Source: Azolla caroliniana
Taxonomy: Eukaryota; Plantae; Polypodiophyta
Direction of reading: 5' to 3'
NCBI GenBank assembly: GCA_043228905.1
Contig: JBHGNT010000020.1
Location: 15,624,001-15,688,000, forward strand
Length of the DNA stretch: 64,000 nt
A program made the position numbers and the translations under genes. The stretch's first letter is position 1. Each line of letters opens with the position of its first letter. Below are positions 45,325 through 60,300 of this stretch, piece by piece. Under the pieces are notes generated by a model. That model had not been told where the DNA came from. It worked only from the letters and a program-made list of their open reading frames with translations, and did not search any database.

Positions 45325-48300
45325 TTTCGAAACTCAGGGCGAGAGACATGAAGAAAAAAGTAATGTTGAGGAGGGCATAGACAAGAGCGCGTGAGTAAAT
45401 GAAAATGTTTTTACTTGGCTCGTGTGATATCAGAATTTTGTGTTGAAACATTCGAATCGAAGTTAATGAAGCTAGCTACGATTTGGAATTGAAAAATCGT
45501 GATTTTTAAATTCAGGGTGAGAGACATGAAGAAAAAAGTAAAGTTGAGGAGGGCGTAGTCACGAGCGCATGAGTAAATGAAAATGTTCATACCTGGCTCG
45601 TGTGATATCAGAAGTTTGTGTTCGAACATACGAATCAAAGCTAACGAAACTAGCTATGATATAGGATAGACTAATCATGATTTTAAAATTCACGCCAAGA
45701 GACATGAAGACAAAAGTAATGTTGAGGAGGGCGTAGTCAAAAGCTCGTGAGTAAATGAAAATTTTTATACCTGGCTTGTGTGATAACGGATTTTTGTGTT
45801 CAGACATACGAATCGAAGCTAACGAAGCTAGCTATGATATAGGATAGACTAATCATGATTTTAAAACTCAAGGCGAGAGACATGAAGAAAAACGTAAAAT
45901 TGAGGAGGGTGTAGTCAAGAGCGCGTGAGTAAATGAAAATGTTCATACCTGGCTCGTGTGATAACGGATTTTTGTGTTCTAACATACGAATCGAAGCAAA
46001 CAAAGCTAGTTCTGATATACGATTGAAAAATTGTGATTTTGAAATTCAGGGCGAGAGACATGAAGAAAAACGTAAAGTTGAGGAGGGCGTAGTCAAGAGC
46101 GCGTGAGTAAATGAAAACATTCATACCTGGCTCATGTGATAACAGATTTTTGTGTTCAAACATGCAAATTGAAGCTAACGAAGCTAGTTCTGATTTACGA
46201 TTGAAAAATTGTGATTTTGAAATTCAGGGCGAGAGACATGAAGAAAAACGTAAAGTTGAGGAGGGCGTAGTCAAGAGCGCGTGAGTAAATGAAAACATTC
46301 ATACCTGGCTCATGTGATAACAAATTTTTGTCTTCAAACATGCGAATTGAAGCTAATGAAGCTAGCTCAGATATATGATTGAAAAATTATGTTTTCGAAA
46401 CTCAGGTCGAGAGACATGAAGAAAAAAGTAAAGTTGAGGAGGGCGTAGATAAAAGCGCCTGAGTAAATTAAAATGTTCATACCTGGCTCCTGTGATATCG
46501 GAATGTTGTGTTGAAACATGCGAATAGGAGCTAACAAAGCTACCTATGATATGGAATTAAAAAATCGTGACTTTGAAATTCAAGGCGAGAGACATGAAGA
46601 ATAAAGTAAATTTGAGGAGGGCGTAGTCAAGAGCGCGAGAGTAAATGAAAATGTTCATACCTGGCTCGTGTGATATCGGATGTTTGTGTCTAAACATGCG
46701 AATTGTAGCTAACGAAGCTAGCACTAATATAGGATTGAAAAATCATGATTTTGAATCTCAGGTCGAGAGACATGAAGAATGAGGCAATGTTGACGAGGGC
46801 GTGGACAACAACGCGTGAGTAAATGAGAATTTTCATACCTCGCTCGTGTGATATATGATTGAAAATGTGCATTCCTGGCTCGTGTGATAACGGATATTTA
46901 TGTTCAAACACGAGAATCGAAGCTAACGAAGCTAGCTATGATATACGATAGACTAATCATGATTTTAAAATCAGGCCGAGAGACATGAAGAAAAAAGTAA
47001 AGTTGAGGAGGGACTAGTCAATAGTTTGTGAGTAAATGAAAATGTTCATACCTAGCTCGTGTGATAAGGGAATTTTGTGTTCAAACATGCGAATTGAAGA
47101 TAACGAAGCTAGCTCTGATATAGGATTGAAAAATCATGATTTTGAAACTCAGTTCGAGAGACATGAAGAAAAAGGCAAAGTTGAGGAGGGCGTAGACCAG
47201 AGCGCGCGAGTAAATGAAAATGTTTATACTTGGCTCGTGTGATTTGGGATATTTGTGTTCAAACATGCGAATCGAAGCTAGCTCTAATATATGATTGAAA
47301 AATCATGATTTGGAATCTCAGGTCGAGAGACATGAAGAAAAAAGCAAAGTTGAGGAGGGCGTAGACAAGAGCACGTGAGTAAATGAAAATGTTCATCCCT
47401 GGGTGGTGTGATATCGGATTTTTGTGTTCAAACATTGAATTGAACCTAACCACTGTATCTATGATATGGAATTGAAAATTCATTATTTTAAAACTCACGT
47501 CGAGAGACATGATAAAAAAAGCAAAGTTGAGGAGGGCCTACACATGAGCGTGCTTGAGTAAATGAAAATGTTCATACCTAGGTCGTGTGATATCGAATTT
47601 CTGTGTTCAAACATTCGAATTGAAGATAAACACGCTAGTTATGATTGCAATTGAAAGTTGATGACTTTGAAACTCAGGTCGAGAGACATGAATAAACAAG
47701 CAAAGTTGAGGAGGTCGTAGACAAGAGGGCGTGAGTAAATGAAAATGTTCATACCTAGCTCGTGTGATATTAGATTTTTGTGTTCAAACATGTACATTGA
47801 AGCTAGGTAAGCTATCCATGTTATGGAATTGAAAAATCATGATTTTGAAACTCAGGTCGAGAGACATGATGAAAAAAGCAAAGTTGAGGAAGTCGTAGAC
47901 AAGAGCACGTGAGTAAATGAAAATGTTCATACCTGGCTCATGTGATATCGGATTTTTGTGTTCAAACATGAGAATTGAAGCTAACCACGCTATCTATGAT
48001 ATGGAACTGAAAAATCATCATTTGAAAACTCAGGTCGAGAGACATGATGAAAAAAGCAAAGTTGAGGAGGGCCTACACAAGAGCGTCTGAGTAAATTGAA
48101 ATGTTCATACCTAGCCCGTGTGATATGGGATTTTTATGTTCAAACATGCGAATCGAAGCCAACAATGCTAGCTATCATATAAAATTGGAAAATCATAATT
48201 TTAAAACTCAGGTCAAGAGACATGATGAAAAAAGCAAAGTTGAGGAGGGACTAGACAAGTGCGCGTGAGTAAATGAAAATGTTCATACCTGGCTCGTCTG

Positions 48301-51300
48301 ATATCGGATTTTTGTGTTCAAACATACGAATCGAAGCCAAGAATGCTAGCTACAATATACATTTGAAAAATTATGATTTTGAAACTCAGGTCGAGAGACA
48401 TGATGAGAAAAGCAAAGTTGAGGAGGTCGTAGACAAGAGGGCGTGAGGGTATGAAAATTTTCATACCTAGCTCGTGTGATATTGGATTTTTGTGTTCAAA
48501 CATGCGCATTGAAGCTAAGTACGATATCTAGGTTATGGAATTGAAAAGTCATGATTTTGAAACTCAAGTCGAGAGACATGATGAAAAAAGCAATGTTGAG
48601 GAGGTTGTAGACAAGAGCACGTGAGTAAATGAAAATATTCATCCCTGGGTGTTGTGATATCGGATTTTTGTGTTCAAAAATCGAATTGAACCTAACCACT
48701 ATATCTATGATATGGAATTGAAAAATCATCATTTTAAAACTCAGGTCGAGAGACATGATGAAACAAGCAAAGTTGAGGAGGGCCTACACATGAGCGTGCT
48801 TGAGTAAATGAAAATGTTCATACCTAGGTCGTGTGATATCGAATTTCTGTGTTCAAACATTCGAATTGAAGATAAACACGCTAGTTATGATATGCAATTG
48901 AATGTTGATGACTTTGAAACTCAGGTCGAGAGACATGATGAAAAAAGCAAAGTTGAGGAGGGCCTAGACAAGCGCGCTTGAGTAGATGAAAATGTTCATA
49001 CATGGCTCGTGTGATGTCGGATTTTTGTGTTGCAACATGCGAATCGAAGCTAACAACGCTAGCTATGATACGGAGTCTAAAAATCACGATTTTGAAACTT
49101 AGGTAGAGAGACATGAATAAACAAGCAAAGTTGAGGAGGTCGTAGACAAGAGGGCGAGAGTAAATGAAAATGTTCATACCTAGCTCGTGTGATATTGGAT
49201 TTTTGTGTTCAAACATGCGGATTGAAGCTAGGTAAGCTATCCATGTTATGGAATTGAAAAATCATGATTTTGAAACTCAGGTCGAGAGACATGATGAAAA
49301 AAGCAAAGTTGAGGAAGTCGTAGACAAGAGCACGTGAGTAAATGAAAATGTTCATACCTGGCTCGTGTGATATCAGATTTTTGTGTTCAAACATGCGAAT
49401 TGAAGCTAACCATGCTATCTATGATATGGAACTGAAAAATCATCATTTGAAAACTCAGGTCGAGAGACATGATGAAAAAAGCAAAGTTGAGGAGGGACTA
49501 GACAAGTGCGTGTGAGTAAATGGAAATGTTCATACCTAGCCTGTGTGATGTCGGATTTTTGTGTTCAAACACGCGAATTGAAGCTAACCACGCTATCTAT
49601 GATATGGAATTGAAAAATCATCATTTGAGCAGGTCGAGAGACATGATGAAAAAAGCAAAGTTGAGGAGGGCCTACACAAGAGCACGTGAGTAAATGAAAA
49701 TGTTCATCCCTGGGTGGTGTGATATTGGATTTTTGTCTTCAAACATCGATTTGAACCTAACCATGCTATCTATGATATGGAATTGAAAAATCATCATTTG
49801 AAAACTCAGGTCGAGAGACATGATGAAAAAAGCAAAGTTGAGGAGGGACTAGACAAGTGCGTGTGAGTAAATGGAAATGTTCATACCTAGCCCGTGTGAT
49901 GTCGGATTTTTGTGTTCAAACATGCCAATTGAAGCTAACCACGCTATCTATGATATGGAACTGAAAAATCATCATTTGAAAACTCAGGTCGAGAGACATG
50001 ATGAGAAAAGCAAAGTTGAGGAGGTTGTAGACAAGAGCACGTGAGTAAATGAAAATGTTCATCCCTGGGTGGTGTGATATTGGATTTTTGTGTTCAAACA
50101 TCGAATTGAACCTAACCACGCTATCTATGATATGGAATTGAAAAATCATCATTTGAAAACTCAGGTCGAGAGACATGATGAAAAAAGCAAAGTTGAGGAG
50201 GGCCTACACAAGAGCATCTGAGTAAATGGAAATGTTCATACCTAGCCCGTGTGATATGGGATTTTTATGTTCAAACATGCGAATTGAAGCCAACAATGCT
50301 AGCTATCATATACAATTGGAAAATCATAATTTTGAAACTCAGGTCGAGAGACATGATGAAAAAAGCAAAGTTGAGGAGGGACTAGACAAGCGCGCGTGAG
50401 TAAATGAAAATGTTCATACCTGGCTCGTGTGATATCAGATTTTTGTGTTCAAACATGCGAATCGAAGCCAAGAATGCTAGCTACAATATACATTTGAAAA
50501 ATTATGATTTTGAAACTCAGGTCGAGAGACATGATGAGAAAAGCAAAGTTGAGGAGGTCGTAGACAAGAGGGCGTGAGGGTATGAAAATTTTCATACCTA
50601 GCTCGTGTGATATTGGATTTTTGTGTTCAAACATGCGCATTGAAGCTAAGTACGATATCTAGGTTATGGAATTGAAAAATCATGATTTTGAAACTCAGGT
50701 CGAGACACATGATGAAAAAAGCAAAGTTGAGGAGGTTGTAGACAAGAGCACGTGACTAAATGAAAATGTTCATCCCTGGGTGGTGTGATATCGGATTTTT
50801 GTGTTCAAACATCTAATTGAACCTAACCACTGTATCTATGATATGGAATTGAAAAATCATCATTTTAAAACTCAGGTCGAGAGACATGATGAAAAAAGGA
50901 AAGTTGAGGAGGGCCTAGACAAGCGCGCGTGAGTAAATGAAAATGTTCATACCTGGCTCGTGTGATATCGGATTTTTGTTATCAAACATGCGAATTGAAG
51001 CTAAGTACGGTATCTATGATATGGAATTAAAAAAGCATAATTCTAAAACTCAGGTCGAGACACATGATTTAAAAAGCAAAGATGAGGAGGTCGTAGACAA
51101 GAGGGCGTGAGTAAATAAAAAGGTCATAATTGGCTCGTGTGATATCCGATATTTGGGTTCCAACATGCAAATCAAAGCTAAACACGCTAGTTATGATATG
51201 CACTTGAAAATTTCTGATTTTGAAACTCAGGTCGAGAGACATGATGAAAAAAGAAAAGTTGAGGACGGTCTCGACAAGCGCGTGTGAGTAAATGAAAATG

Positions 51301-54300
51301 TTCATACCTGCCTCGTGTGATATCGGATTTTTGTGTTCAAACATGCGAATCGAAAAAAAAACTATGCTAGTTACCATATGGAATTGAAAAGTCATGATTT
51401 TGAAACCCAGGGAGAGAGATATGAAGAAAAAAGCAAAGTTGAGGAGGTCGTAGACAAGAGGGCGTGAGTAAATGAAAATGTTCATACCTAGCTTGTGTGA
51501 TATCGAATGTCTATGTTCAAACATGTGCATTGAAGCTAAGTACGCTATCTATGATATCGAATTGAAAAATCATGCTTTTGAAACTCATGTCGAGAGACAT
51601 GAAGAAAGAAGTAAAGGTGAGGAGGGCCTAGACAAGCGTGCGTGAATAAATGGAAATGTTCATACCTTGCTCATGTGATATTGGATTTTTGCGTTCAAAC
51701 ATGCGAATTGAAGCTAACAATGCTAGTTATGATATGGAATTGAAAAATCACGATTTTGAAACTCAGGTAGAGAGACATGAATAAACAAGCAAAGTTGAGG
51801 ACGTCGTAGACAAGAGGGCGTGAGTAAATGAAAATGTTCATACCTCGCTCGTGTGATATCTGATTTTTGTGTTCAAACATGCGAATTGATCCTAACTATG
51901 CTATATATGATATGGAATTGATATGGATTTTGAGGTTTAAGCTTGCGAATCCAAGTTACCGAATCTAGCTATGATATGGAATTCAAAAATCAGGATTTTG
52001 AAACTCAGGTCGAGAGACATGAAGAGAAAAGAAAATTTGAGGAAGGCGTAGACAAGAGCTCCTCAATGAATGAAAATGTTCATACATTGCTCCTGTGATA
52101 TCGGATTTTGGTGTTTAATCTTGCGAATCGAAGATAACGAAATAGCTATGATATGGAATTGAAAAATCGAGATATTGAAACTAAGGTCGAGAGACATGAA
52201 TGAAAAAGTAAATTTGAGGAAGAAGTAAACAAGAGCTCCTCAATGATTGAAAATGTTCAGAGATTGCTCGTGTGAAATCGAAGCTAACGAAGTAGTCTAT
52301 AATATAGAATTGACAAATCAAGATTTTGAAAGTCAGGTCAAGAGACATGAAGAAAAAAGAAAATTTGAGGAAGGCGTAGACAAGAGCTCCTCAATGAATG
52401 AAAATGTTCATAGATGGCTCGTGTGATATCGGATTTTGGGGTTTAAACATGCGAATCGAAGGTAACGAATCTAGCTATGATATGGAAATGAAAATTCCAG
52501 ATTTTGAAACTCAGGTCGAGAGATATGAAGAAAAAAGAAAATTTGAGGGAGGCATAGACAAGAGCTCCTCAATGAATGAAAATGTTCATAGATGGCTCGT
52601 GTTTAAACTTGCGAATCGAAGGTAACTAAGTAGTCTATAATACAAAATTGAAAAATCAAGATTTTGAAACTCAGGTCGAGAGAAATAAAGAGAAAAGAAA
52701 ATTTGAGGAAGGCGTAGACAAGAGCTCCTCAATGAATGAAAATGTTCATACATTGCTCGTGTGATATCGGATTTTGGTGTTTAATCTTGCGAATCGAAGC
52801 TAACGAATCTAGCTATAATATGGAATAGAAAAATCGAGATTTTTGGAAGAAGTAAACAAGAGCTCCTCAATGAATGAAAATGTTCATAGATGGCTCGTGT
52901 GAAATCGGATTTTGGGGTTTAAACTTGTGAATCAAAGCTAACAAAGTAGTCTATAATATAGAATTGACAAATCAAGATTTTGAAACTCAGGTCAAGAGAC
53001 ATGAAGAAAAAAGCAAATTTGAGGAAGGCGTAGACAAGAGCTACTCAATGAATTAAAATGTTCATAGATGGCTCGTGTGATATCGGATTTCGGTGTTTAA
53101 ACTTGCGAATCCAACCTAACGAATGTAACTATGATATGGAGTTGAGAAATCAAGATTTAGAAACTCAGGTCGATAGACATGAATGAAAAAGCAAATTTGA
53201 GGAAGGCGTAGACAAGAGCTCCTCAATGAATGAAAATGTTCATAGATGGCTCGTGTGATATCGGATTTTGGTGTTTAAACTTACGAATCGAAGGTAACGA
53301 ATCTAGCTATGAAATGGAATTGAAAAATCAAAATTTTGAAACTTAGGTCGAGAGACATGAATGAAAAAGCAAATTCGAGGAAGGCGTAGACAAGAGCTCC
53401 TCAATGAATGAAAATGTTCATAGATGGCTCGTGTGATATTGGACTTTGGTGTTTAAACTTGCGAATCGAAGCTCACGAATCTAGCTATGATATGGAATTG
53501 AAAAATCGAGATATTGAAACTAAGGTCGAGAGACATGTATGAAAAAGAAAATTTGAGGGAGGCGTAAACAAGAGCTCCTCAATGAATGAAAATGTTCATA
53601 GATGGCTCGTGTGAAATCGGATTTTGGGGTTTAAACTTGCGAATCGAAGCTAACGAAGTAGTCTATAATATAGAATTGTTAAATCAACATTTTGAAACTC
53701 AGGTCAAGAGACATGAATGAAAAAGCCAATTTGAGGAAGGCGTAGACAAGAGCTCCTAATTGAATGAAAATGTTCATAAATTGCTCGTGTGATATCGGAT
53801 TTTAGTGTTTAATCTTGTGAATTGAATCTAACAAATCTAGCTATGATATGGAATTGAAAAATAAAGATTTTAAAACTCAGGTCGAAACATATGAAGAAAA
53901 AAGCAAATTTGAGGGAGGCGTAGACAAGAGCTCCTCAATGAATGAAAATGTTCATATATGGCTCGTGTTTAAACTTGCGAATCAAAGGTAACTAAGTAGT
54001 TTATAATATAGAATTGAAAAAATCAAGATTTTGAAACTCAGGTTGAGAGACATGAACAGAAAAGAAAATTTGAGGAAGGCGTACTCAAGAGCTCCTCAAT
54101 GAATGAAAATGTTCATACAGGTCGAGAGACATCAAGATTTTGAAACTCAGGTCGAGAGACATGAGGAAATTAGCAAATTTGAGGAGGGAGTTGAGCAGAG
54201 CCAGTGAGTAAATTAAAATGTTCATATTTGGCTCGTGTGATATCGGATTTTTGTGTTCAAACTTGCGAATCGAAGCTAACATCGCTAGCTATGATATGTA

Positions 54301-57300
54301 ACTAAAAAATAAAGATTTTAAACTTAGGTCGAGAGACATGAAGAAATTAGCAAATTTGAGGAGGGAGTTGAGAAGAGCTCATTAGTAAATGAAAATGTTC
54401 ATACCTGGCTCGTGTGATATTGGATTTTGGTGTTCAAACATGCGAATTGAAGCTAACAATGCTAGCTAGGATATGGTATTGAAAAAACAAGATTTTGAAA
54501 CTCAGGTCGAGAGACATGAGGAAATTAGCAAATTTGAGGAGGGAGTTGACAAGAGGCGGTGAGTAAATTAAAATGTTCATATTTGGCTCGTGTGATATCA
54601 GATTTTTGTGTTCAAACATGTGAATCGAAGCTAACAAAGATAGCTAGTATATGGTATTGAAAAAATAAGATTATAAAACTCAGATCGAGAGACATGAAGA
54701 AATTAGCAAATTTGAGGAGGGAGTTGAGAAGAGCCCGTGAGGAAATTAAAATGATCATACCTGGCTCGTGTGATATCGGATTTATGTGTTCAAACATGTG
54801 AATCGAAGCTAACAACTCTAGCTTTGATGTGCAATTAAAAAATAAAGATTCTGAAATTCAGGTCAAGAGACGTGAAGAAATTAGCAAATTTCAGGAGGGA
54901 GTTGAGAAGAGCCCGTGAGTAAATTAAAATGATCATACCTGGCTCGTGTGATATCGGATTTATGTTTTGAAACATGTGACTCGAACCTAACAACTCTAGC
55001 TTTGACGTGGAATTAAAAAACCAAGATTTTGAAACTCAGGTCGAGAGACATGAGGAAATTAGCAAATTTGAGGGGGGAGTTCAGAAGAGCCCGTGAGTAA
55101 ATTAAAATGTTCATACCTGGCTCGTGTGATATCGGATTTCAGTGTTCAAACATACGAATCGAAGCTAACAATGTTAGCTATGATATGGAACTAAAAAATA
55201 AAGATTTTAAAACTTAGGTCGAGAGACATGAAGAAATCAGCAAATTTGAGGAGGGAGTTGAGAAGAGCTTATTAGTGGATAAAAATGTTCACACCTGGCT
55301 CGTGTGATATCGGATTTTTGTGTTCAAACATGCGAATCGAAGCTAACAAAGCTAGCTACCATATGGTATTGAAAGAACAAGATTTTAAAACTCAGGTCGA
55401 GAGACATGAAGAAATTAGCAAATTTGAGGAGGGAGTTGAGAAGAGCCCGTGAGTAAATTAAAATGTTCATACCTGGCTTGTGTGATATCGGATTTATGTG
55501 TTCAAACATGAGAATCGAATCTAACAATTCTAGCTTTGACGTGGAGTTAAAAAACCAAGATTTTGAAACTCAGGTCGAGAGACATGAGGAAATTAGCAAA
55601 TTTGAGGAGGGAGTTGAGCAGAGCCGGTGAGTAAATTAAAATGTTCATATTTGGCTCGTTTGATATCGGATTTTTGTGTTCAAACATGCGAATCAAAGTT
55701 AACAACGCTAGCTATGATATGTAACTAAAAAAATTAAGATTTTAAAACTTAGGTCGAGAGGCATGAAGAAATCAGCAAATTTGAGGAGGGAGTTGAGAAG
55801 AGCTCATTAGTAAATGAAAATGTTCATACCTGGCTCGTCTAATATCAGATTTTGGTATTCAAACATGCGAATTGAAGCTAACAATGCTAGCTAGGATATG
55901 GTATTGAAAAAACAAGATTTTAAAACTCAGGTCAACAGACATGAGGAAATTAGCAAATTTGCAGAGGGAGTTGAGAAGAGCGTGTGAGTAAATTAAAATG
56001 TTCATACCTGGCTCGTGTGATATCGGATTTTGGTGTTGAAACATGTAAATCGAAGCTCACAATGCTATCTTTGACATGGAATTAAAAAATCAAGATTTTG
56101 AAACTCAGGTCGAGAGACATGAGGAAATTAGCATATTTGAGGAGGGGGTTGAGAAGAGGCGGTGAGTAAATTAAAATGTTCATATTTGGCTCGTATGATA
56201 TCGGATTTTTGTGTTCAAACATGCGAATCAAAGCTAACAAGGCTAGCTATGATGTGTAACTGAAAAATTAAGAATTGAAAACTTAGGTCGAGAGACATGA
56301 AGAAATCAGTAAATTTAAGGAGGGAGTTGAGAAGAGCTCATTAGTAAATGAAAATGTTCATACCTGGCTCGTCTAATATCAGATTTTGGTATTCAAACAT
56401 GCGAATTGAAGCTAACAATGCTAGCTAGGATATGGTATTGAAAAAACAAGATTTTAAAACTCAGGTCAAGAGACATGAAGAAATTAGCAAATTTGGGGAG
56501 GGAGTTGAGAAGATCCTGTGAGTAAATTAAAATGTTCATACCTGGCTTGTGTGATATCGGATTTTGAGGTTCAAACATGTAAATCGAAGCTCACAACGCT
56601 GCCTTTCACATGGAATTAAAAAATCAAGATTTTGAAACTCAGGTCGAGAAAAATGAGGGAATTAGCAAATTTGAGGAGGGGGTTGAGTAGAGCCGGTGAG
56701 TAAATTAAAATGTTCATATTTGGCTCCTATGATATTGGATTGTTGTGTTCAAACATGCGAATCGAAGCTAACAACGCTAGCTATGATATGTAACTAAAAA
56801 ATCAAAATTTTGAAACTCAGGTCGAGAGACATGAGGAAATTAGCAAATTTGAGGAGGGAGTTGAGAAGAGCTTATTAGTGGATAAAAGTGTTCACACTTG
56901 CCTCGTGTGATATCGGATTTTTGTGTTCAAACATGCGAATCGAAGCTAACAAAGCTAGCTAGGATATGGTATTGAAAAAACAAGATTTCAAAACTCAGGT
57001 CGAGAGACATGAACAAATTAGCAAATTTTAGGAGGGAGATGAGAAGAACCCGTGAGGAAATTAAAATGATCATACCTGGCTCGTGTGATATCGGATTTAT
57101 TTTTTCAAACATGTGAATCGAAGCTAACAACTCTAGCTTTGACGTGGAATTAAAAAATCAAGATTTTAAAACTCAAGTCGAGAGATATGAAGAAATTAGC
57201 AAATTTAAAGAGGGAGTTGAGACGAGCCCGTGAGTAAAATTAAATATTTATATTTTGCTCGTGTGATATCGGATTTTTGTGTTCAAACATGCGAATCGAA

Positions 57301-60300
57301 GCTAACAACGCTAGCTATGATATGTAACTTAATAATTAAGATTTTAAAACTTAGGTCGAGAGACATGAAGAAATCAGCAAATTTGAGGAGGGAGTTGAGA
57401 AGAGCTCATTAGTAAATTAAAATGTTCATACCTGGCTCGTGTGATATCGGATTTATGTGTTCAAACATGAGAATTGAAGCTAACAACTCTAGCTTTGACA
57501 TGGAGTTAAAAAACCAAGATTTTGAAACTTAGGTCGAGAGACATGAGAAAATTAGCAAATTTGAGGAGGGAGTTGGCAGAGCCGGTGAGTAAATTAAAAT
57601 GTTCATATTTGGCTCGTTTGTTATCGGATTTTTGTGTTCAAACATGCGAATCAAAGTTAACAACGCTAGCTATGATATGTAACTAAAAAAATTAAGATTT
57701 TAAAACTTAGGTCGAGAGACATGAAGAAATCAGCAAATTTGAGGAGGGAGTTGAGAAGAGCTCATTAGTAAATGAAAATGTTCATAGCTGACTCGTGTGA
57801 TATCGGATTTTTGTTTTCAAAGATGCGCATAGAAGCTAACAAAGCTAGCTAAGATATGGTATTGAAAAAATAAGATTTTAAAACTCAGGTCGAGAGACAT
57901 GAACAAATTAGCAAATTTGAGGAGGGAGTTGAGAAGAGCCCGTGAGGAAATTAAAATGATCATACCTCGCTCCCGTGATATCGGATTTTTGTGTTCAAAC
58001 ATGCGAATTGAAGCTGACAACTCTAGTTTTGACGTGTAGTTAAAAAATCAAGATTTTGAAACTCAGGTCAACAGACCTGAAGAAATTAGCAAATTTGAGA
58101 AGGGAGTTGAGAAGAGCCCGTGAGTAAATTAAAATATTCATACGTGGCTCGTGTGATATCTGATTTTGGTGCTCAAACATGTAAATCGAAGCTCACAACG
58201 CTATCTTTGACATGGAATTAAAAAATCAAGATTTCGAAACCCAAGTCGAGAGACATGAGGAAATTAGCAAATTTGAGGAGGGAGTTGAGAAGAGGCGGTG
58301 AGTAAATTAAAATGTTCATATTGGGCTCGTATGATATCGGATTTTGTTGTTTAAACGTGCGAATCGAAGCTAACGATGCTAGCTAGGATATGCTATTGAA
58401 AAAACAAGATTTTAAAACTCAGGTCAAGAGAGATGAAGAAATTAGCAAATTTGAGGAGGGAGTCGAGAAGAGCCGTGAGTAAATTAAAATGGTCATACCT
58501 GGCTCGTGTGATATCGGATTTTTGTGTTCAAACATGCGAATCGAAGCTAACAAAGCTAGCTAGGATATGGTATTGAAAAGATAAGATTTTAAAACTTAGG
58601 TCGACAGACATGAAGAAATTAGCAAATTTGAGGAGGGAGTTGAGAAAAGCCCGTGAGGAAATTAAAATGATCATACCTCTTTCGTGTGATATCGGATTTT
58701 TGTGTTCAAACATGCGAATCGAAGCTAACAACCCTAGCTTTGACGTGGATTTAAAAAACCAAGATTTCGAAACTCAGGTCGAGAGACATGAAGAAAATAG
58801 CAAATTTGAGGAGGGTGTTGAGAAAAGCCCTTGAGGAAATTAAAATGATCATACCTGGCTCCTGTGATATCGGATTTATGTGTTCAAACATGTGAATCGA
58901 AGCTAACACCTCTAGCTTTGACGTGGAATTAAAAAATCAAGATTTTGAAACTTGGGTCTAGAGACGTGAAGAAATTAGCAAATTTGAGGAGGGACTTGAG
59001 AAAAGCCCGTGACTAAATTAAAATGTTCATACCTTGCTCGTGTAATATTAGATGTTTGTGTTCAAACATGCGTATCGAAGTTAACAAAGCTAGCTATGTT
59101 ATGGAAGTAAAAAATCAAGATTTTGAAACTGAGATCGAGAGACATGAACAAATTACCAAATTTGAGGAGGGAGTTGAGAAGAGCCCGTGAGTAAAGTAAA
59201 ATGTTCATACCTGGCTCGTGTGATATCGGATTTTTGTGTTCATACATGCCTATCGAAGCTAACAACGCTAGCTATTATATGAAATTAAAAAATCAAGATT
59301 TTGAAACTCAGGTAGAGATATATGAAGAAATTAGCAAATTTGAGGAGGGACATGAGAAGAACCGTGAGTAAATTAAAATGGTCATAACTGGCTCGTGTGA
59401 TATCGGATGTTTGTGTTGAAACATGCGAATCGAAGATAACAAAGGTAGCTATGATTTGGAATTAAAAAATCAAGATTTTGAAATTCCGGTCGAGAGACAT
59501 GAAGATATTAGCAAATTTGAGGAGGGAATCGAGAAGAGCCCGTCAGTAAATTAAAATGTTCATACCTAGCTCGTGTGATATCGGATATTTGTGTTCAAAC
59601 ATGCGTATCGAAGCTAACAATGCTAGCTATGATATAGAATTAAAAAATCAAGATTCTGAAATTCAGGTCGAGAGACATGAAGAAATTAGCAAATTTTAGG
59701 AGGGAATCGAGAAGAGCCCGTGAGTAAATTAAAATGGTCATACCAAGTTCCTGTGATATCGGATTTCTGTGTTCAAATATGCAAATCGAACCTAACAAAG
59801 CTAGCTATGATATGGAATTAAAAAATCAAGATTTTGAAACTCAGGTCGAGAGACATGAAGAAATTAGCAAATTTGAGGAGGGAGTTGAGAAGAGCCCGTG
59901 ATCAAATTAAAATGTTCATACCTGGCTCGTGTGATATCGGATTTTTGTGTTCATATAGGCGAATCGAAGCTAACAATGCTAGCTATGATATGGAATGAAA
60001 AAATCAAGATTTTGAATCTTAGATCGAGAGAAATAAAGAAATTAGCAAATTTGAGGAGGGAGTGGAGAAGAGCCCGGGAGTAAATTAAAATGGTCATACC
60101 TGGCTCGTGTGATATCGGATATTTGTGTTCAAACATGCGAAATGAAGCTAACAAAGCTAGCTATGATCTGGAATTAAAATATCAAGATTTTGAAACTCAG
60201 GTCGAGAGACATGAAGAAATTAGCAAATTTGAGGAGGGAGTGGAGAAGAGCCCGGGAGTAAATTAAAATGGTCATACCTGGCACGTGTTATATCGGATAT

